From positions 62,992,001-63,056,000 of the forward strand of contig NC_091478.1 in the NCBI RefSeq assembly GCF_036971445.1: a stretch of 64,000 nucleotides of DNA, written 5' to 3'. How positions within the stretch are numbered: position 1 is the stretch's first letter; each line of letters begins with the position of its first letter. A model generated the notes under the pieces. It ran no database searches. It was not told the origin of the DNA and worked only from the letters and a program-made list of their open reading frames with translations. A program made the position numbers and the translations under genes. This DNA comes from Narcine bancroftii. Lineage: Eukaryota. Positions 33,851 to 48,836 of the stretch are shown in pieces.

Positions 33851-35449
33851 GGATAACCATCGAAGAGTTTAGCCAAAAAACATAACATTAATGATTTTTT
33901 TTTAGCTCAGCGAGAATCTCTCCAAATGTTTCCGAAACTCAATTATTTATTCGACATACATACAGGATGTGGTTCAGTCATTCAGCTCGAAGAGATACAC
34001 TTCTGTATATCTAATTTTAACATTATTCAATAGGCACGTCAACATATACGCAGTATTTTAAAAAAAAAACACAGAAAATGCTCCAAAGTGCATACTTGAA
34101 TGTAATTATTGCAATATCTGCTGTCAATATTCAATGGAAATTCAGTGCCCGTTATGGCGGTCTCACCTTTCTGTTTATACAAATGACCAAGTCTCAATGC
34201 TTGCTTTAAAATGTACGTTTCTGATAAGTTGCCAAAATGGTTTCGTGAGAGGGGTAAGTTTTAAACGAGATTTGCAGGGCAATTCTGTGGAGACAGTGTT
34301 TAGTCGCTGAAATGCGGATGCGTGGCATGTGTTAGAAACTGATAGGATAGCAAAGTTTAAACATTCGGAGGCATTTAGAGAGCTGTATGGAAGACAGGGG
34401 TATGATCCATCTTCAAACATATGGGATTAGTGTTATTTTGCAATGTTATCCACATAATCAGGATGGGACGAATGGACTGTTAATTTCTGTTGTTACCAGT
34501 TCACTGGAGCAATTACTTTCATAAATTCCGATCTTCGTTTGGATATCGTGAGCAATTACGTCCTTCGTGAAGCTACTATGGGGTTTTGCAAATATCTTGC
34601 TAAATGCAAGATACTCCCATCCGATTTCTGAATCTGAGGAGAAATCGCAGGAACAAAACAATCCGTCTCCCCAACCCCCGTTAGCCGATACCTTCACTGG
34701 ATGTAATTTCTGTCTCAATCGTAGTATTTCCATCACTTGGCTCCCCAGTAATTCGTAATTCTCTGCCTCAATTTGTGAATGTTCCTGACTTAACCTTTAC
34801 GACGGACAGAAAGACATTAGTCGACCAGCCGAAGATGGAGGGTCTGCGGGTATTAACGAGGTATACCTCTACCTCTAACTCGACCTTTCGGGAAGTTGAT
34901 TCCAAAGATATACGAGCGCGTGATGACTGGTACCTGTAAGTATTCTAAGTGTCACATACATAAAACTTGAAACTGATCCAAACTATTGCCCCTTGGATAA
35001 GTCTACAGCACACTTACGAGGGCAAAATACTGGACGGAGTGGTCCTAAATGACTGGTCGACTGTTTTATGGGAATATAGAAAAAATAAACATCACCAAGT
35101 TGTGGTTTCGCTGAGATACACTGTGTTGTAGATCCATGGTTAATATCATGGCTTGCATGCCACTGTGAAGCAAAGGAAAGATTTAAATACAATTCCTCAG
35201 ACAGCCAAACCTGAGGTTCCCATGTTCAAATGAATCAAAGGTTATACAATGAAGATCCAACAGTAGGTGGAATGGCTCTCTTCATTTCTTTCAGAGGTAT
35301 CACAGGGTAAACAGATCCATTCTGAGTCAGGATGGGCAGAATTTGCACCGTGGGTCGTGGAGCAGAAATTCTTCGAATTGGAGGAGACTGCTGGGAAGAG
35401 CCGAGGACACGACATCCACTGTGGAAAGACAGCAGGAATATAATTTTTA

Positions 35450-35700
35450 ATTTAGAGGTATAACATGCCATTCGGCCCACGAGTCCATTACCCACGACTC
35501 AAACCCCCACCACCCTAACACTCCCACCCCATTTATACCCCATTAACTACATGCCCGTTACGTTTCGAACAGTTGAAGAAAACCGGAGCCCCCGGAGAAA
35601 ACACGGGCGAAGATTCAAACTCCTTATAGACACTGCGGGATTCCAACCCTGGTCGTGGTCGCTGGCGCTGTAAAGGTGTTGCGCTCTCCGCAGCCACCAG
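35450..35700 (-). mobile_element. tRNA-derived SINE
   Basis: The reverse complement resembles 14203-14335 (GAGCGCAACAC.TTTACAGCGCCAGCGACC...AAGGAGTTTG...TTTTCTCCGG). Confidence 0.75.
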
Positions 35701-36802
35701 TGATGGCAGTGTCACCTTTCCTTAAGGTGATCTGTGTGATTTCCTGGCATATCATTTTGCCAAATATAGCTGATGACTTCGTGGCTTCACGATAAAAATC
35801 ATCTAAGGACCCTTTCAATCTCCAGATAATCAGGGAGCAGCTGCATTGCTGGACCACAATACCGACGTCTGAATTCAAAGGATTTCATGCCAGAAACTGA
35901 GCCAGACATTGAGGAGGCCTTTCAAGTGTCCAAAAATTGTTGGCTTTCTCTTTGTCCATGATGACCTGACTCTTTTATGCCTGGTTCACGTCTAGTGGCT
36001 CTCATCGCATTGCCAAAATTAATGAGTTCTCTCCATCCACCGTCCGTCCTTCAGCTTACAGCTTTTTTGCTAGACTTCTGCCAATATGCGCCCGTGGAGC
36101 ATTTTATATTCTTTGGCACAACTTCCAATACGGGACACTTTATGTCAATTTTCAATTCAATTCCGATCCCCAGGAGATTATCGCTGAATTACTGCTCATT
36201 CCACTAGGATCATCTTATCTACATTTGGGGTGTGAATTAGGTCTTTAGCAAGTTCTGTGTTCCATGTATTGGACGTTACCTGAAGTTGCTACACTTGATT
36301 CATATGTTTTAAGTGTAACTCCAGTGAGCTGTGGCTCCCTAACATTCACTAATTAAGCGGGGGAAGCTGATGAGAAGGCAGAGTCATCCTTTGTTAATGG
36401 ACCAAAAATATCTTGCTAAATGCATGAAAATATGAAAATATCCTTCCTCTTCGATGTAGTGATCAGCCATGATCTGTAAAATGGCGGTGCTGGCTCGACG
36501 GGCCGAAGGGCCTACTCCAGCTCCTATTGTCTATTGTCTTCTGGTTTCAAACTCCAGAATACTGTGTACTTACAACTTTCTACTTAAAACTGGCCAGATC
36601 GCTCAGTGGATTCATTGGACTTGATTCATTGGATTTGACATTCGGTATGTCAAAACGCCTGCATTTTCTATCCGTGCTTATCGGGTGTCCTTCTGGTTAT
36701 TTACCTCTGTTATTGACCTTGAAGCTCGTGGAATTTCATGTCAGAATCTTCATATTGAGGAGTTATATCTGCCTAAGTTTTTTGCCTTTAACCTGAGATC
36801 AC

Positions 36803-37753
36803 ACGGTACACCTGTAGAAAAGTGCAAGTTTTGGTGACATATTCAATCCCCCTAAACTCCTCGCAAAGTATAACCACTGTAGAGCATTTTACGTTAACGC
36901 GCTGAGATGTAGACAGATCTTCTGGGATGTTGACATACGTGAATTTGAAGTTCTTAAATTTTCCTCTGATGACCCCTCATTGGGTTTCCCCCTCCTGAAG
37001 TCCACAATCACTTAATTAGTTTTACTAACGCTGAGTGCAGGGTGGTTGTTGTGAATGAGTATTCACCTGACCTATCTCATTCCTGTACACTTGGCAAATT
37101 TGTAAATGGCATTAGCATTGACCCTAGCCACATAAACATGGATGTAGACCCAGTCCAGCAATCGGAAGAGCGCTCATCCCTGAAGTACGCCTGTGTTGAT
37201 TGTCAGTAAGGAGGAGTCGTTGTTCCAGAGCCACACTTACTGTGGTCCTCAACGAGGGTCAAAGATCCATTTTCAGAGGGGTTGCAGGGGCCCAGGTTTT
37301 GGAACTTGTTGACCAGCACTGAGGGTATGATGGTATTGAAAACTGAGCTGTAGTGGATGAAGAGCAGCCTGATGTACGTGTTGTGGTCTAGGTGATCCGG
37401 AACTAAGCGGAGAACTAATGATACTGCATCTTCTGTGGAGCGATTGTGATGGAAGGCGACTTGCAGTAGGTCCAAAACTTTACTTAGGTCGGAGGTACAT
37501 GTGACCATAACCAATCTCTCGAAATATTTCATCACAGTAAATGTGAGTGCGACTAGGAGATAATCTTTGAGGCAGCTCATTCTGCTCTTATCGGGCACCT
37601 GCATGATTGAACCCTGGCTGCAGCAATGACCAATTAAAAATATCGATGGACTCTCCAACTAGTTGATGGGCGCAGATATTCAGTACCCTTCCAGGTAAGC
37701 CATCAGGACAGGGCGATAGCCAAAATACTTGTTGAAAGGTATGCCATTCTGTG
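36803..37753 (-). mobile_element. Rex1/Babar RT fragment (duplicate of 1040-1990)
   Basis: Identical ORF at 37203-37658. Confidence 0.85.
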
Positions 37754-38592
37754 GAATACTTCGCCCACTGTGGTCATGCCACAGGAATCAAAGATGAACT
37801 GTATGTTACATATGTTATATACATTAATAACACGAATTAGCTATGGTTTATTGACAGTTCTGATCGTTGAGAAAATAAACCACGTGGTGATACAAATATC
37901 TTCAAAGAGATTAACAACACATGGTGTCGTTGATTAGATACTGACTGTTTTTTACCGCGAGCACCAAATGTGCGCGCCCATATAAAAATGCGTATACACA
38001 CACACACACACTTAACTATTATACTATTATTGCAGGGAGTGGGATTCTCAGTTTCAGTTGTTTGCACAAGGTACGATTAATGCCTCTCAGTCTTGGTGCT
38101 GTAAGTTGTCAGTTGTTTTCCGTGACGACAGGTACAGTTGCAGAACATGATTGGGGAGGGCTCGGCGCATATGTGTTTATTAAAGGAATCTGTTCTGTGA
38201 GGCGGGTTTGTGTGACAAATGTCCAATGTAGAAAGGCAAAAAGTGTAAAAGATCAGGATGGAAGCAGCAATTTTTGGAAGTGTGGTCACATTTATAATGT
38301 GGGGAACCGGTTGACTACATATTCAGAGCAAAATCCGTCCAAGGGCACTTCAATGAAAACTGGATAATCGGTACTTTCATGAGCAGATTGACAGAATCCT
38401 ATTCGGATTACTCCCCTTTTACTTTTAAATAGTACCAGAAGATCTTTTCCCTGAGTTTGATACCTTCTCCCTTTTTCAGAAAATAAAGTAATTATTTGAA
38501 CACTAATGGAAAACAGGGTTACAAATGGTGACACGTAATGAACTGATTCCCGTTCTAAATAGAGACATTTCAAGTCGTCATATTTATGATCA

Positions 38593-39193
38593 TCTGATTG
38601 TACAAGTACAACCCGATGAAACTGCATTTTCCACTTCTCGGTGCACAACACGCAATCAGACATAACATACATACAGACAAACAATACATATGCAGGACAT
38701 ATAATCAGCTATACAAATAAATAAATAAATAGATTTTGCTTCATGAATCGGATGGTTAGTGCGAGAATGTATTTTTGGTCTTTCAGCACGTGGGAAGAAA
38801 CCTGGTACTGCTGGTTCTGATAATCCTGTATCTCTTCCCTGATGGAAGCAGTTGAAAGATGTGTGCAGCATACAAGCAGTCCACAATGATTTTGCGTGCC
38901 TTCCTCAGACAACCATCGGGTTGACCACATGAATGGTAGGGGGTGGGGGGAAGGGTGTGGGTGGGTGGTGGTGAGGGAGACTCTGCCACTCTCCTGATCC
39001 TGTGGATGGACCTCCAATCCATTTCTCTGCAGCAAGGATACCACACGATGATGCAGCCAGCCACGACATTCTCCATAGAGTTCCTGCTGAAGGTTGACAT
39101 ACTGGTTAGTCTTGCCCACTTCATTCTTCCAAGGAAGTGTAGACGCTGTTGCACCTTTCATTTGTCGTATCCTCAGGCTCTGGAAATTCAGCA
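38593..39193 (-). mobile_element. Rex1/Babar 3' fragment (duplicate of 2830-3430)
   Basis: Identical ORF at 38783-39154. Confidence 0.85.
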
Positions 39194-41342
39194 AATAGTT
39201 TTACCTTTTCATGCCATTTCATTTCTTACCAGACGAAGAGGAATGTTTTAGGAAATAGAATCGTGTGAAGTCTTGGTATGTTTGTGATTTTATTTCATGC
39301 CAAATGCTTACATAATGTTGTAGACAAAGCAATCTGTGCATAATTCATATTTATTCCCTTATTATTGTCTTGAAAATGTATTGACCATTCACAATATACT
39401 TTTCAAATCATCTGATATTTATATGCAGATAGTAATTAAATGTACTGAAATAATGTAAACAATATATGAGGTTGAAAATATACCCTGGCATAAACTGAAA
39501 TCACTTTCCTCTAAGCTTTTATATGGAGCTATTCTATATTCTGGAACTTCCCCATTTTAGTTTTGAAGCTTTCATTTAAAATGTTTATTGGAAGCTCCAA
39601 TCGACAGATTCAAACATTAATTTGGTGGCCAGTGTACATTTGTTTGCAAAATGTACAAAAGGCAAACAATAGTGTACCTCAACTCTATTTCAGGTGAATT
39701 TGTTTAACATTTGACAGCAAACATACACAGGTGAAGATAATGGGCGAAACAGGATTTGTTCTTTCTAAAGCATGCAGGGAACGGAAGCTGCACCAGTTCA
39801 CTACACCCTACAGACACAATATGGTTCAAGGTACCATGTTCCTTTTATTGTCATGCCATTGAAATGTAACCTTTGTCTACATAATGTAAAGAGTAGCCAT
39901 GAGCTTGGTGCTCATGGAGAAAGAGAAGAAAAAGAGAGCGTCTTCAGAGTCACAGAGTGTCTGAGGATTCACAAAGGCATCCGGCAGCCCTTCTTATCCT
40001 GAAATACCTCCTGGAATCCCGGCTCCAATACGTGGTTCCCATGATCAAGCCGCTTGCAGCCAGCAGCTTGTGTGGGTCCCCCACCACGTCTCCAGTAGCC
40101 TGTGTCGGTCACTCGCTCGCTGGTCCCTTCAGTCCTGTCAGGTCATCTCCTCTGCTTCCCCTTTATAACTGGAGGCGTTCTCACTGTCACTGTTGCCCTG
40201 CGCCTGTCCATTGATCCTTCAGAGTCTGCAAGCCCTCGTGGCCACTGCCCAGCGCAAGAGTTGATATCTTGGGCATATATGGCTGCAGCACTTTACTTAC
40301 AAACTCTGTTGGCAATTTAACAGTTTGTTTAAAGCCTGCATGGAGCTTCGATGTACAGGAAATCACAATGGGAGCACCTGAAGAATTACAAGTTAAATGT
40401 AACTTAACCTATGCAGTCCATTGTGGGCACTGAAGGTTGGCGAGGGAAGAAACGTGAGTGCAGAAGAAGCACCTCCTCCTAGGATTGTTGTGTAAAGAGG
40501 GCACACAAAATTGTTCAGGCCCTTTGACCCTGCAAACAGCATCATTCAGCTACTTCCATTTCTTTGGCTTGGCTTCGCGGACGAAGATTTATGGAGGGGG
40601 TAAAAAGTCCACGTCAGCTGCAGGCTCGTTTGTGGCTGACAAGTCCGATGCGGGACAGGCAGACACGATTGCAGCGGTTAATGGTTACTTCCATTTACCC
40701 GTAATTGAAACCACACATTTGAAGAGCAAAAATAAATGAGTTTGGGCTGTCTTTGGTAACTTTAATAATTATGCAGCCCAGATCATAAAATCTATTGATA
40801 TTCAATTACTGGTGCACCTACCCTGCCATTGAGCTAATTAAATGAAAGATGTTCCTGGGTATCAACCTTCATAATTGCACATCTACAACATTCAATCTAC
40901 TTTGAGGCTGCCTCTGTAGTGGCCCTGAAAATTGGTAGACTGCCAGAATGATCATGTCCATTCACAAGTTGTGGGATCTGTTTGCATGCAAGTGTTTTGC
41001 TGACGAAACAGAATCACTCATCACCATCCACACCATCAGACTAATGAGCTCCTTTACCGATATCCTGGTCCCAGTTCATGGTTTTCCAGCTGCTGTGATC
41101 ACGCTTTTCAATTCTGTTAACCAAGTCATTAGCCTGCTGCCTTCCTCATTTAGATTGAAATAAAATTCCCACATCTCATTCATTCCACACCATTCAAATG
41201 CAGATTTGATGTTATTCGGTACCTGACGATTAGCCCAAAACAAATGCGACTCTGTACAGATAATTCTTCATAAAGTTATGTGAGCAGAGTTGGTCACGGC
41301 ACTCTCACACCATTGATATGGAACATTGTATATCCCCTTGTG

Positions 41343-44300
41343 GGACTATTCAGGTAATTAACCAGATTCATTTTAGTTCTGAGGTCTTTGTTGGCTACAT
41401 GGAGCAATTCACGCCAACGGAGGCAAGGCTTTCCAATTCTTCCTCTGCTAAAGCAATGACTATTTTGCTACTGCCTCAGGTATCCACGATGAGCTCGAAG
41501 ACTTTATCCACTTTGCTGCCAACTTCCACTCCAACCTTAAATTTACTTGGTCCGGGCACCAGGCAAGGGTGCCCCCTTAGCCCTTTATTATTTAACTTAG
41601 CTTTAGAACCTTTGGCAATTGCTATCAGAGAAGCACCCAATATTACTGGTATTATTCGTTGCAGGGATATTCATAAAGTATCACTATATGCAGATGATTT
41701 ATTGTTATATATTTCCAATCCTGAAAATTCTATTCCTGCAGTTTTATCTTTATTAGCCCAATTTAGTAATTTTTCGGGATATAAACTGAACTTAAATAAA
41801 AGTGAATTATTCCCTTTTAATGGATGGGTTCCTATTTATGATAGTTTACCTTTTAAAATAGCTGGAGACCATTTTATATATTTAGGGATTAAGATTACTA
41901 AAAAACATAAAGATTTGTTTAGGACTAATTTTTTCCCTCTATTGGACCTGATCGGCAGTTTACTTACCAATTGGTCACCATTATCCCTATCCATGATAGG
42001 CCGAATTAATGCTATTAAGATGATGATCTTACCTAAATTTTTATATATATTTCAAGCTATACCTATTTTTGTTCCTAAATCTTTTTTTGATAAGGTCGAT
42101 TCTAAATTGTCCTCGTATATCTGGCAAAACAAGAATCCCAGATTTGGGAAAAAATATTTACAGAAATCTAAACTAGAGGGAGGGTTGGCATTACCCAACT
42201 TAAGAATTTATTACTGGGCAATTAATATTAGTTACTTAAGATATTGGTTGAATTATTCAGAATTATCTCTAAATCCCCATTGGGTAAATTTAGAAATTAA
42301 ACCGATACAAAATTTTTCAATTAGCTCTATTTTGGGAGCGGCTCTCCCTTTTACTCTTACTAAATTATATAAACAAATTGATAATCCAATGGCTAAACAT
42401 ACACTACATATATGGTTTCAATTCCGGAGATTTTTTTGGCCTAAGTCATTTTATCTTGGAAACTCCTATTGTACTAAATTTCCTTTTTCATCCCTCTCTA
42501 ATTGATCAAGCTTATTTACTCTGGAAAGTTAAAGGTATAACATGCTTTTCGGATTTATTCTTGGATAACTTTTTCATGTCATTTGAACAATTATCCATGA
42601 AATATGATTTACCTCGATCTCATTTCTTTCGATATTTGCAGATTAGGAGTTTCTTAGTTTCGACTTTACCCTCTTTTCCCAATCGGGAGACTCCGACTGT
42701 TTTAGAGGATATACTATATTCAAAATTCCCTCCAAAAGGTGTGATATCTAAATTATATAATATAATTACAAAAATAAATTCTGGGACTTTTGAAAAGTTT
42801 AAAAATGATTGGGAAAGAGAACTCAACCTTCATATTTCTAATGAAAATTGGAATAAAATTCTGCGACTAGTAAACTCTTCTTCTCTATGTGCAAAACATT
42901 CACTAATACAGTTTAAAGTTGTTCATAGAGCTCATATGTCTAAAGATAAACTCCACCGCTTTTATTCTCATATCGATCCTATATGTGATAAATGTCAATT
43001 GGAAATAGCTTCCCTTACACATATGTTTTGGTCCTGTCCCTCTTTACAGAATTATTGGAAGGAATTTTTTTCCATTATGTCTACTGTTTTGAATATTGAT
43101 TTACAACCACATCCCATTACTGCAATTTTTGGATTACCTATGATAGATTTGACTTATTTATCTCTTCCTGCGGATCGTATGATTGCTTTTCTTACACTAA
43201 TGGCTAGAAGATCTATACTATTGAATTGGAAAGAGGTTAATCCTCCCACTGTTTTCCAATGTTTTTGTTAATTCAGATTTGTTTTTTCTTCTTTTTTGGT
43301 TTTTTTTTTCTCTTTTTTCATATATTGTTATTAATTATATCTTTTTTTTTAGAGATAGTTCACACCCTAAACTGGTCTAAATTTTTTTTTTATGATATAT
43401 TTTTATTCTGTAATATTATTGTTTAATATCTCTGTATTAATTCATTACTTACTATGTATTTTTTATATCTCTTTGAACTGTATGTGTTTATAAATTATAA
43501 TAATAATAAAAAGATTGAAAAAGAAAAGTAAATTTACTTGGTCCTACTCTCGCAACATACTCCAGGTTCATTAAATATATTTAAGAGGGAATCAGGTTCA
43601 TTAAATATATTTAAGAGGGAATTAGATATATTTCTTCAGTATAAGGGTATTAAAGGTTACGGAGAGAAGGCGGGGACGGGGTACTGAACTTTAAGATCAG
43701 CCATGATCTCGTTGAATGGCGGAGCAGGCTCGAAGGGACGAATGACCTACTCCTGCTCCTATCTTCTATGTTTCTATGTTTTTATTTTTCTCAATTTTTA
43801 TCTCCTTCTAGAGAGTCTAACTCTCAGTAGACATCGTCAACAAACCCATTAACTCAGATACCTAATTTGACTGCTCCTCTTCACACCCTGTTCCCTTTAA
43901 GGGGTCTATTAATTTATCTTAATTTTTCAGTCTCCCTCACATCTGCTGCCAGGACAAAGTCTTCCATGCCAGATCATCAGAGAAGTCTTCCTTCTTCAAA
44001 CAACATGGCTTTCCCCCTACCACTATCAAATTGGCCCTCACCCGCATATCCTCCATTAACTGCACATCTGCCCCAGACCTTCCTCTACAAGTGCAAAAAG
44101 GATCTCACCTACCACCCCACCAAACTCCATAATCTCTGCCACTAATCATATTATCCCACTAGCAGACACATCTTCCCTTTGTGTCCCTTTCCATTTTCCA
44201 TAGGACCTCCTCATTTTGTGACTCCTTCATCACAATTCCCCATGGAACCATTGTCTCTGACTTGCACCCCAACCTTCACCCACACCTATTCCAGGCTCTA

Positions 44301-44645
44301 AGTAGTCCTTCCAAATGAAGCAACACTTCACTTGAAAATCTTCGTTGGTTAACAACTGTACTTGGTGCTCCTGTGGTGCTCTGCTGTACATCATAGAGTC
44401 TGGTCACAGACTTGAATAACGCTCTGTTGAGCACCTTGACTCTATACACTAAAATAACTGGATTTCCCATTGGCCACGCATTTCAATTCTCCATTCAATT
44501 CCCTTGCCAATACATGTTCCCACGATCTCATTCATTGCCAGGCTGAGATCACCTGCAAATTTGAGGAAAAACAACCCAAATTCCGTCTGGGCAAATTCCA
44601 ACAGGATGGCGTTAACATCGACATTTCCAGTTTCAGTTAGCACTA
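41343..44645 (+). mobile_element. Penelope-like element with nested L1 and CR1 (duplicate of 5580-8880)
   Basis: Collinear duplicate. Confidence 0.75.
41554..43528 (+). mobile_element. 5'-truncated L1 with 16-bp TSD (duplicate of 5791-7763)
   Basis: Same TSD at 41538-41553 and 43529-43544. It lacks the TAG stop seen in copy 1 at 7470. Confidence 0.95.
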
Positions 44646-44764
44646 CCCCCATCGTTCTGTTTGTCTCTATTCCTTGAGCTGCGTGTCTTTCTCTTCTACT
44701 TTCACTCTTTCTCCTTTCAAAATTTAAAAACAACCCCCTTCCCCAATCAATACTCCCCATGGCC

Positions 44765-46315
44765 AATACCAGCAGGCAGACTGATAGCACCATGTTGGCT
44801 CTGAGCTTCAAAAGGGGAACAAATACGACATTCTATTGCCACAATAGAGACTCCAAGTAGTTTCATTCCAGGTGCTTGGGTCCAGAATGTCTCTGAGCGG
44901 GTGCAGAACATTCTTAAGTGGGAGAGTGATCAGCCAGAGTCCGTGGTACATATTGATACAGTACAAACATCATAGGCATGAGTTGGCTAGAGGTCATGGA
45001 AAGCAGGGAAGAGGCTGAAGAGCAGTATCTCCAAGGTGGTAATCTTTGGATTATTCCCGGCGCCATAAGGTAGGGAAGGTCACAACTGGAAGATAGTGCA
45101 AAGAAACTGAAGAGGGGCAGAGTTTTAATTTCTGGGATAATTGTAAGCTTTTCTGCGGAAGTGGTGACCTTTATAAATGGGAAGGGGTTCGTCTGAAATT
45201 GAAGGGAACCAATGTCATGGCACGGGGATTTTCTAATGCTGATTGGTGGGGAGGGATGTTGGTTAAAACAGATTCACAGGGGGTTGGAACCAAACTGAAG
45301 AAATAGAGGAAAAGGTGGTCAGCACACAAGTAGCTGATAGGGGGTTTGTGTGGAAAGAAAGGCAGATAGGGAAAAATCGGAGGCATGGGGAATGTGTTAC
45401 AATGCACAGTGACACAGTGTTAAGTGAAGCAAATAAAGAACAAAAGGCTTGTATTTAAATGCATACAACATAAGAAATAAAGTGGACAACCTTGTCGTAA
45501 AGTAACAGATTGGCAGGTATGATGTAGTGGCAACCACAGAGTCATGGCTAAAGGATGGATGTCCTTGAGAACTGAATGTCTGAGGATGAGCAGGTAATCC
45601 GGGGTGCTGTCGCTGTGCTGGCAAGGAACAACACTGAATCCTTAAAAGAGCTGACAGGGCTCAGAAGATATAGAATCAATGTGGGTTCAGTTAAGAAATG
45701 GCAAGGGTGAAGACACTGTAAACAGTTATATACACAATTCCAAACGTCAGCCGCGATATGGAAAAAGCAGATGGAAAAGACGTGTCAGAAAGACCATGTT
45801 ATGGTAGTCATAGGGGATTAAATATGCAAGTAGATTGAGAAAACCAGGTTGGCACTGGATCTCAAGAGAGAGATTTCGTAGAAAGCCGATGAGATTACTT
45901 TTTCGAGCAGCTTGTTGATGAGCCCACGAGGGGATTGGCTGTATTGTAGTGGGTCTGGAGCATGAACCCGAGGTGATTCGATTGCTTTGAGTGAAGGAAT
46001 CAATAAGGGCAGTTATCATAATATATACGATTGAGTTCAATTTGAGATTTACAAGGAGAAAACAAAGGCAGATGTGCAGTAAAGGGAATTACACTGACAT
46101 GAAAGAGGAACTGGCCAAAGTAGATTGGAAGGGGGCACTAGTAGAGAAGACAGCAGAGCAGAAATGGATGGAGTTTCTGCAAGAAATGGGGAAGTATAAA
46201 TACAAACCCCCAAAAAAGGGGAATATTCGAAAAGAAAAATGTCACAATTATGGCTGACTCGGAAAGTCAAAGCCAACGTGAAAGCAAAAAAGAGCAACAG
46301 AAAATAGTGGGAAGA
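44765..46315 (+). mobile_element. Degraded CR1 5' half (duplicate of 9000-10550)
   Basis: Collinear duplicate. Confidence 0.75.
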
Positions 46316-46607
46316 CTATCTCCGGCTCCCAAGCAAAGACCGGTACACACAGCAAACCACGCCAAGGCGGTCCAAAGAAGAAAGAAGACCATCTGAACGC
46401 TTAAAGCACTATGTGCTCCGATTATTGTTAAATACTTTCCCTTTTATAGTTATAATTACTCATGGGGTGTATTCTAATTCTCACTTGTAGTCCTGGGCCT
46501 ATGAAATTTTTATAGTTGGAAGGGACCCAGTCAGCATTTATCGTTGGGTGGAAACCGCCCTCTGCTGGACATTATGACGCCCATTGCCCTTCCACGTGTA
46601 TAAACAT

Positions 46608-46639
<32 letters not shown>

Positions 46640-48796
46640 CCCCTTGTGTCAGTAGCCATGTTAGTCTGATGAAAATAAAGGATGAGAAAGCATCAGGTCT
46701 CCTTTCATACAGACGTCTGTCTCGTTTTAAATCATACATTTAAGAAGGGCCCAGACCCGAAACTTCGTCATATATAGTTACCCCCTGTTGGACGCGGCAG
46801 GTCGTGTTAAGCTACAGCATTTCTCCATCTCATAGTATCCAGCTTAATCTCAACCTTCAAACAATGTGCTGGACGGGAGTTCAGAGACAGTGATGGACCC
46901 GGCGATGTGTGCTACCTTCTGTTTTCCGGGCTTCTCAAATTATCATTCCAGGGCGATACGCAACCAGTCGATATTATTTGAGCAGAACATGTTCGACAAA
47001 AGATTCCGAACCTCCTCGCACTGCTTAGAAAGTAGGCACCTTGGAAAGCAACGCAGGTGGGTGGAGTCGGTATGGGTGGACGCGTACGAGTTGGGTGAAG
47101 GGCAGGCACTCAATTTGGGGCTGAAAGGCAGCGGTGAGGATGGCTCGCGCGCGGACATCGAAACCCGCGAAAGGGAAGCAGGGAGAAGTCGATCCCATCA
47201 CGGCCACCAACCCCTCCCCCCCCCCCCCTCACCCTGGGAGGAAGGATGCTGGACAAGTGACGTTGAAAGGAGGGCGCAGAGAGCGCTGTAGTCGGTCTGT
47301 GAACCCTGGACCCACCTCCCTCGCATTCCCTGCGCGCAGGCCAATGAATTTTTATCATTGCTTTGTTCGGTAACTCGAGTGTCCGGGCACCCAGGAGGTG
47401 GGAAACGTCCCCTCCACCTTCATCACCATCGGGGTTTCAAACAGGTGAGGCAGACGTTCGGCTGCTCCTCCTCCAACCTCGTCCACTGCAATCGCTGCTT
47501 CCGATGTGGTTTCCTTCACGTCGGTGAGACGAAACGCAAACCTGGAGACCTTTTCGTATAGAGTCGACGATCTGGGTGCGATGGCGATGCCGCGCATTTG
47601 ATATCCCTGCCATTTCAACGCCTCTTCCCATACTCACACCAACCTGGCCTCTCCACTGCCGGAGTGAGACCTGTTGCAAGTGGAGCAACAACCTCATGTC
47701 ATCTTGAACGCGGTGACCGGATCCGATTCATCATCTCCTCGGGCAGTGAGTTCTACATATTAATGAATCTCCGTGTAAAAAAAAGGATCTTTCAGATCCC
47801 CTTGAAACCTTCCTCGCATCTTGAACCGATGCCCTCCCGTTCTTGATGATCCAACCGACGGAGTAAACCCAATCTGATTATCTACCCTCTCTGTTCTTCT
47901 CATCTCGGCCATATTTCTAACGATAAATATATATACATTTTAAATTTAGCACGGTAACAAGCCCTTTCTGCCCACCAGCGCGCGCCGCCCAATTTATTCA
48001 CAATGAACCTATAAAACCCGGTACTTTTCGAACAGTGGGAGGAAGGAAACCATAGACCCGGGGAAAACCCACTCATTCAATGGACGGAAATTCTTTCTTG
48101 TTGCAGCCGAGTTGGTCCTCCGTAAAAAAAGTCACCCGTCCACATTCAATTAAAAAAGAGATAATAATTTCAAGCTGTAGTATGGGATTCGAGGACAAGA
48201 GGGCACAACTTCAGGATAAAAGGGCGTCAATTTAAGAGAAGCGGAATAGTTTCCTTTGCCAGAGGATGGTGAGTCTGTGGAATCCAGATCGTTGGGTATA
48301 TTTAAGGAAGACATTGGCAGGTATTTGATTAGTCAGGGCATCAAGGGTTACGGGGAGAAGACCTGAGAGTGGGGCTGAGTAGGTGGATGGATCAACTCAT
48401 GATAGAATAACGGAGAAGCCTCGATGGGCCTAATTCTGCTCCAAAATCTTGTTATCAATGTAAGAAGCATGATGTTTGAGCATTGCAGGATTAGTGGGAG
48501 AAGGGGGCGTTGTTTCGAGGGGAAATTCATCACAAATCATACTTTCTATATATTAAGTCGTCAAGGTGATTTCAGGAGGGCAAGAAATTAATGCATTTCA
48601 AACTCCTACTTTTCCCCTTCCTCAATTATCGATAGCAAACCCTGAAACGATGTCAACTATTTATTTTGAACATATAAATTCAACATTCCAACGTTCACTT
48701 CCAGGATGTGATAAGCCCCGGCAACTCGTCATACAACCCAAACGTCACATTTAACAGCGTTCCTGACTGCAAGGTCATTTGAATCCCTTGTGCAGA

Positions 48797-48836
48797 ATGT
48801 CAGGGACTGCGATTGTTCTCCTTCTGCTTCTCCGAG
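48797..48836 (+). CDS. Receptor copy 2 exon 1: signal peptide
   Basis: Identical to 13034-13073. Confidence 0.85.

Noticed and set aside
34458-34935. Possible degenerate Ig or other exon on the minus strand (ORF 34458-34736 and an upstream TTACAG acceptor)
   Set aside because: There are stops in all frames and no canonical Cys/Trp pattern. Part resembles an old CR1 3' end.
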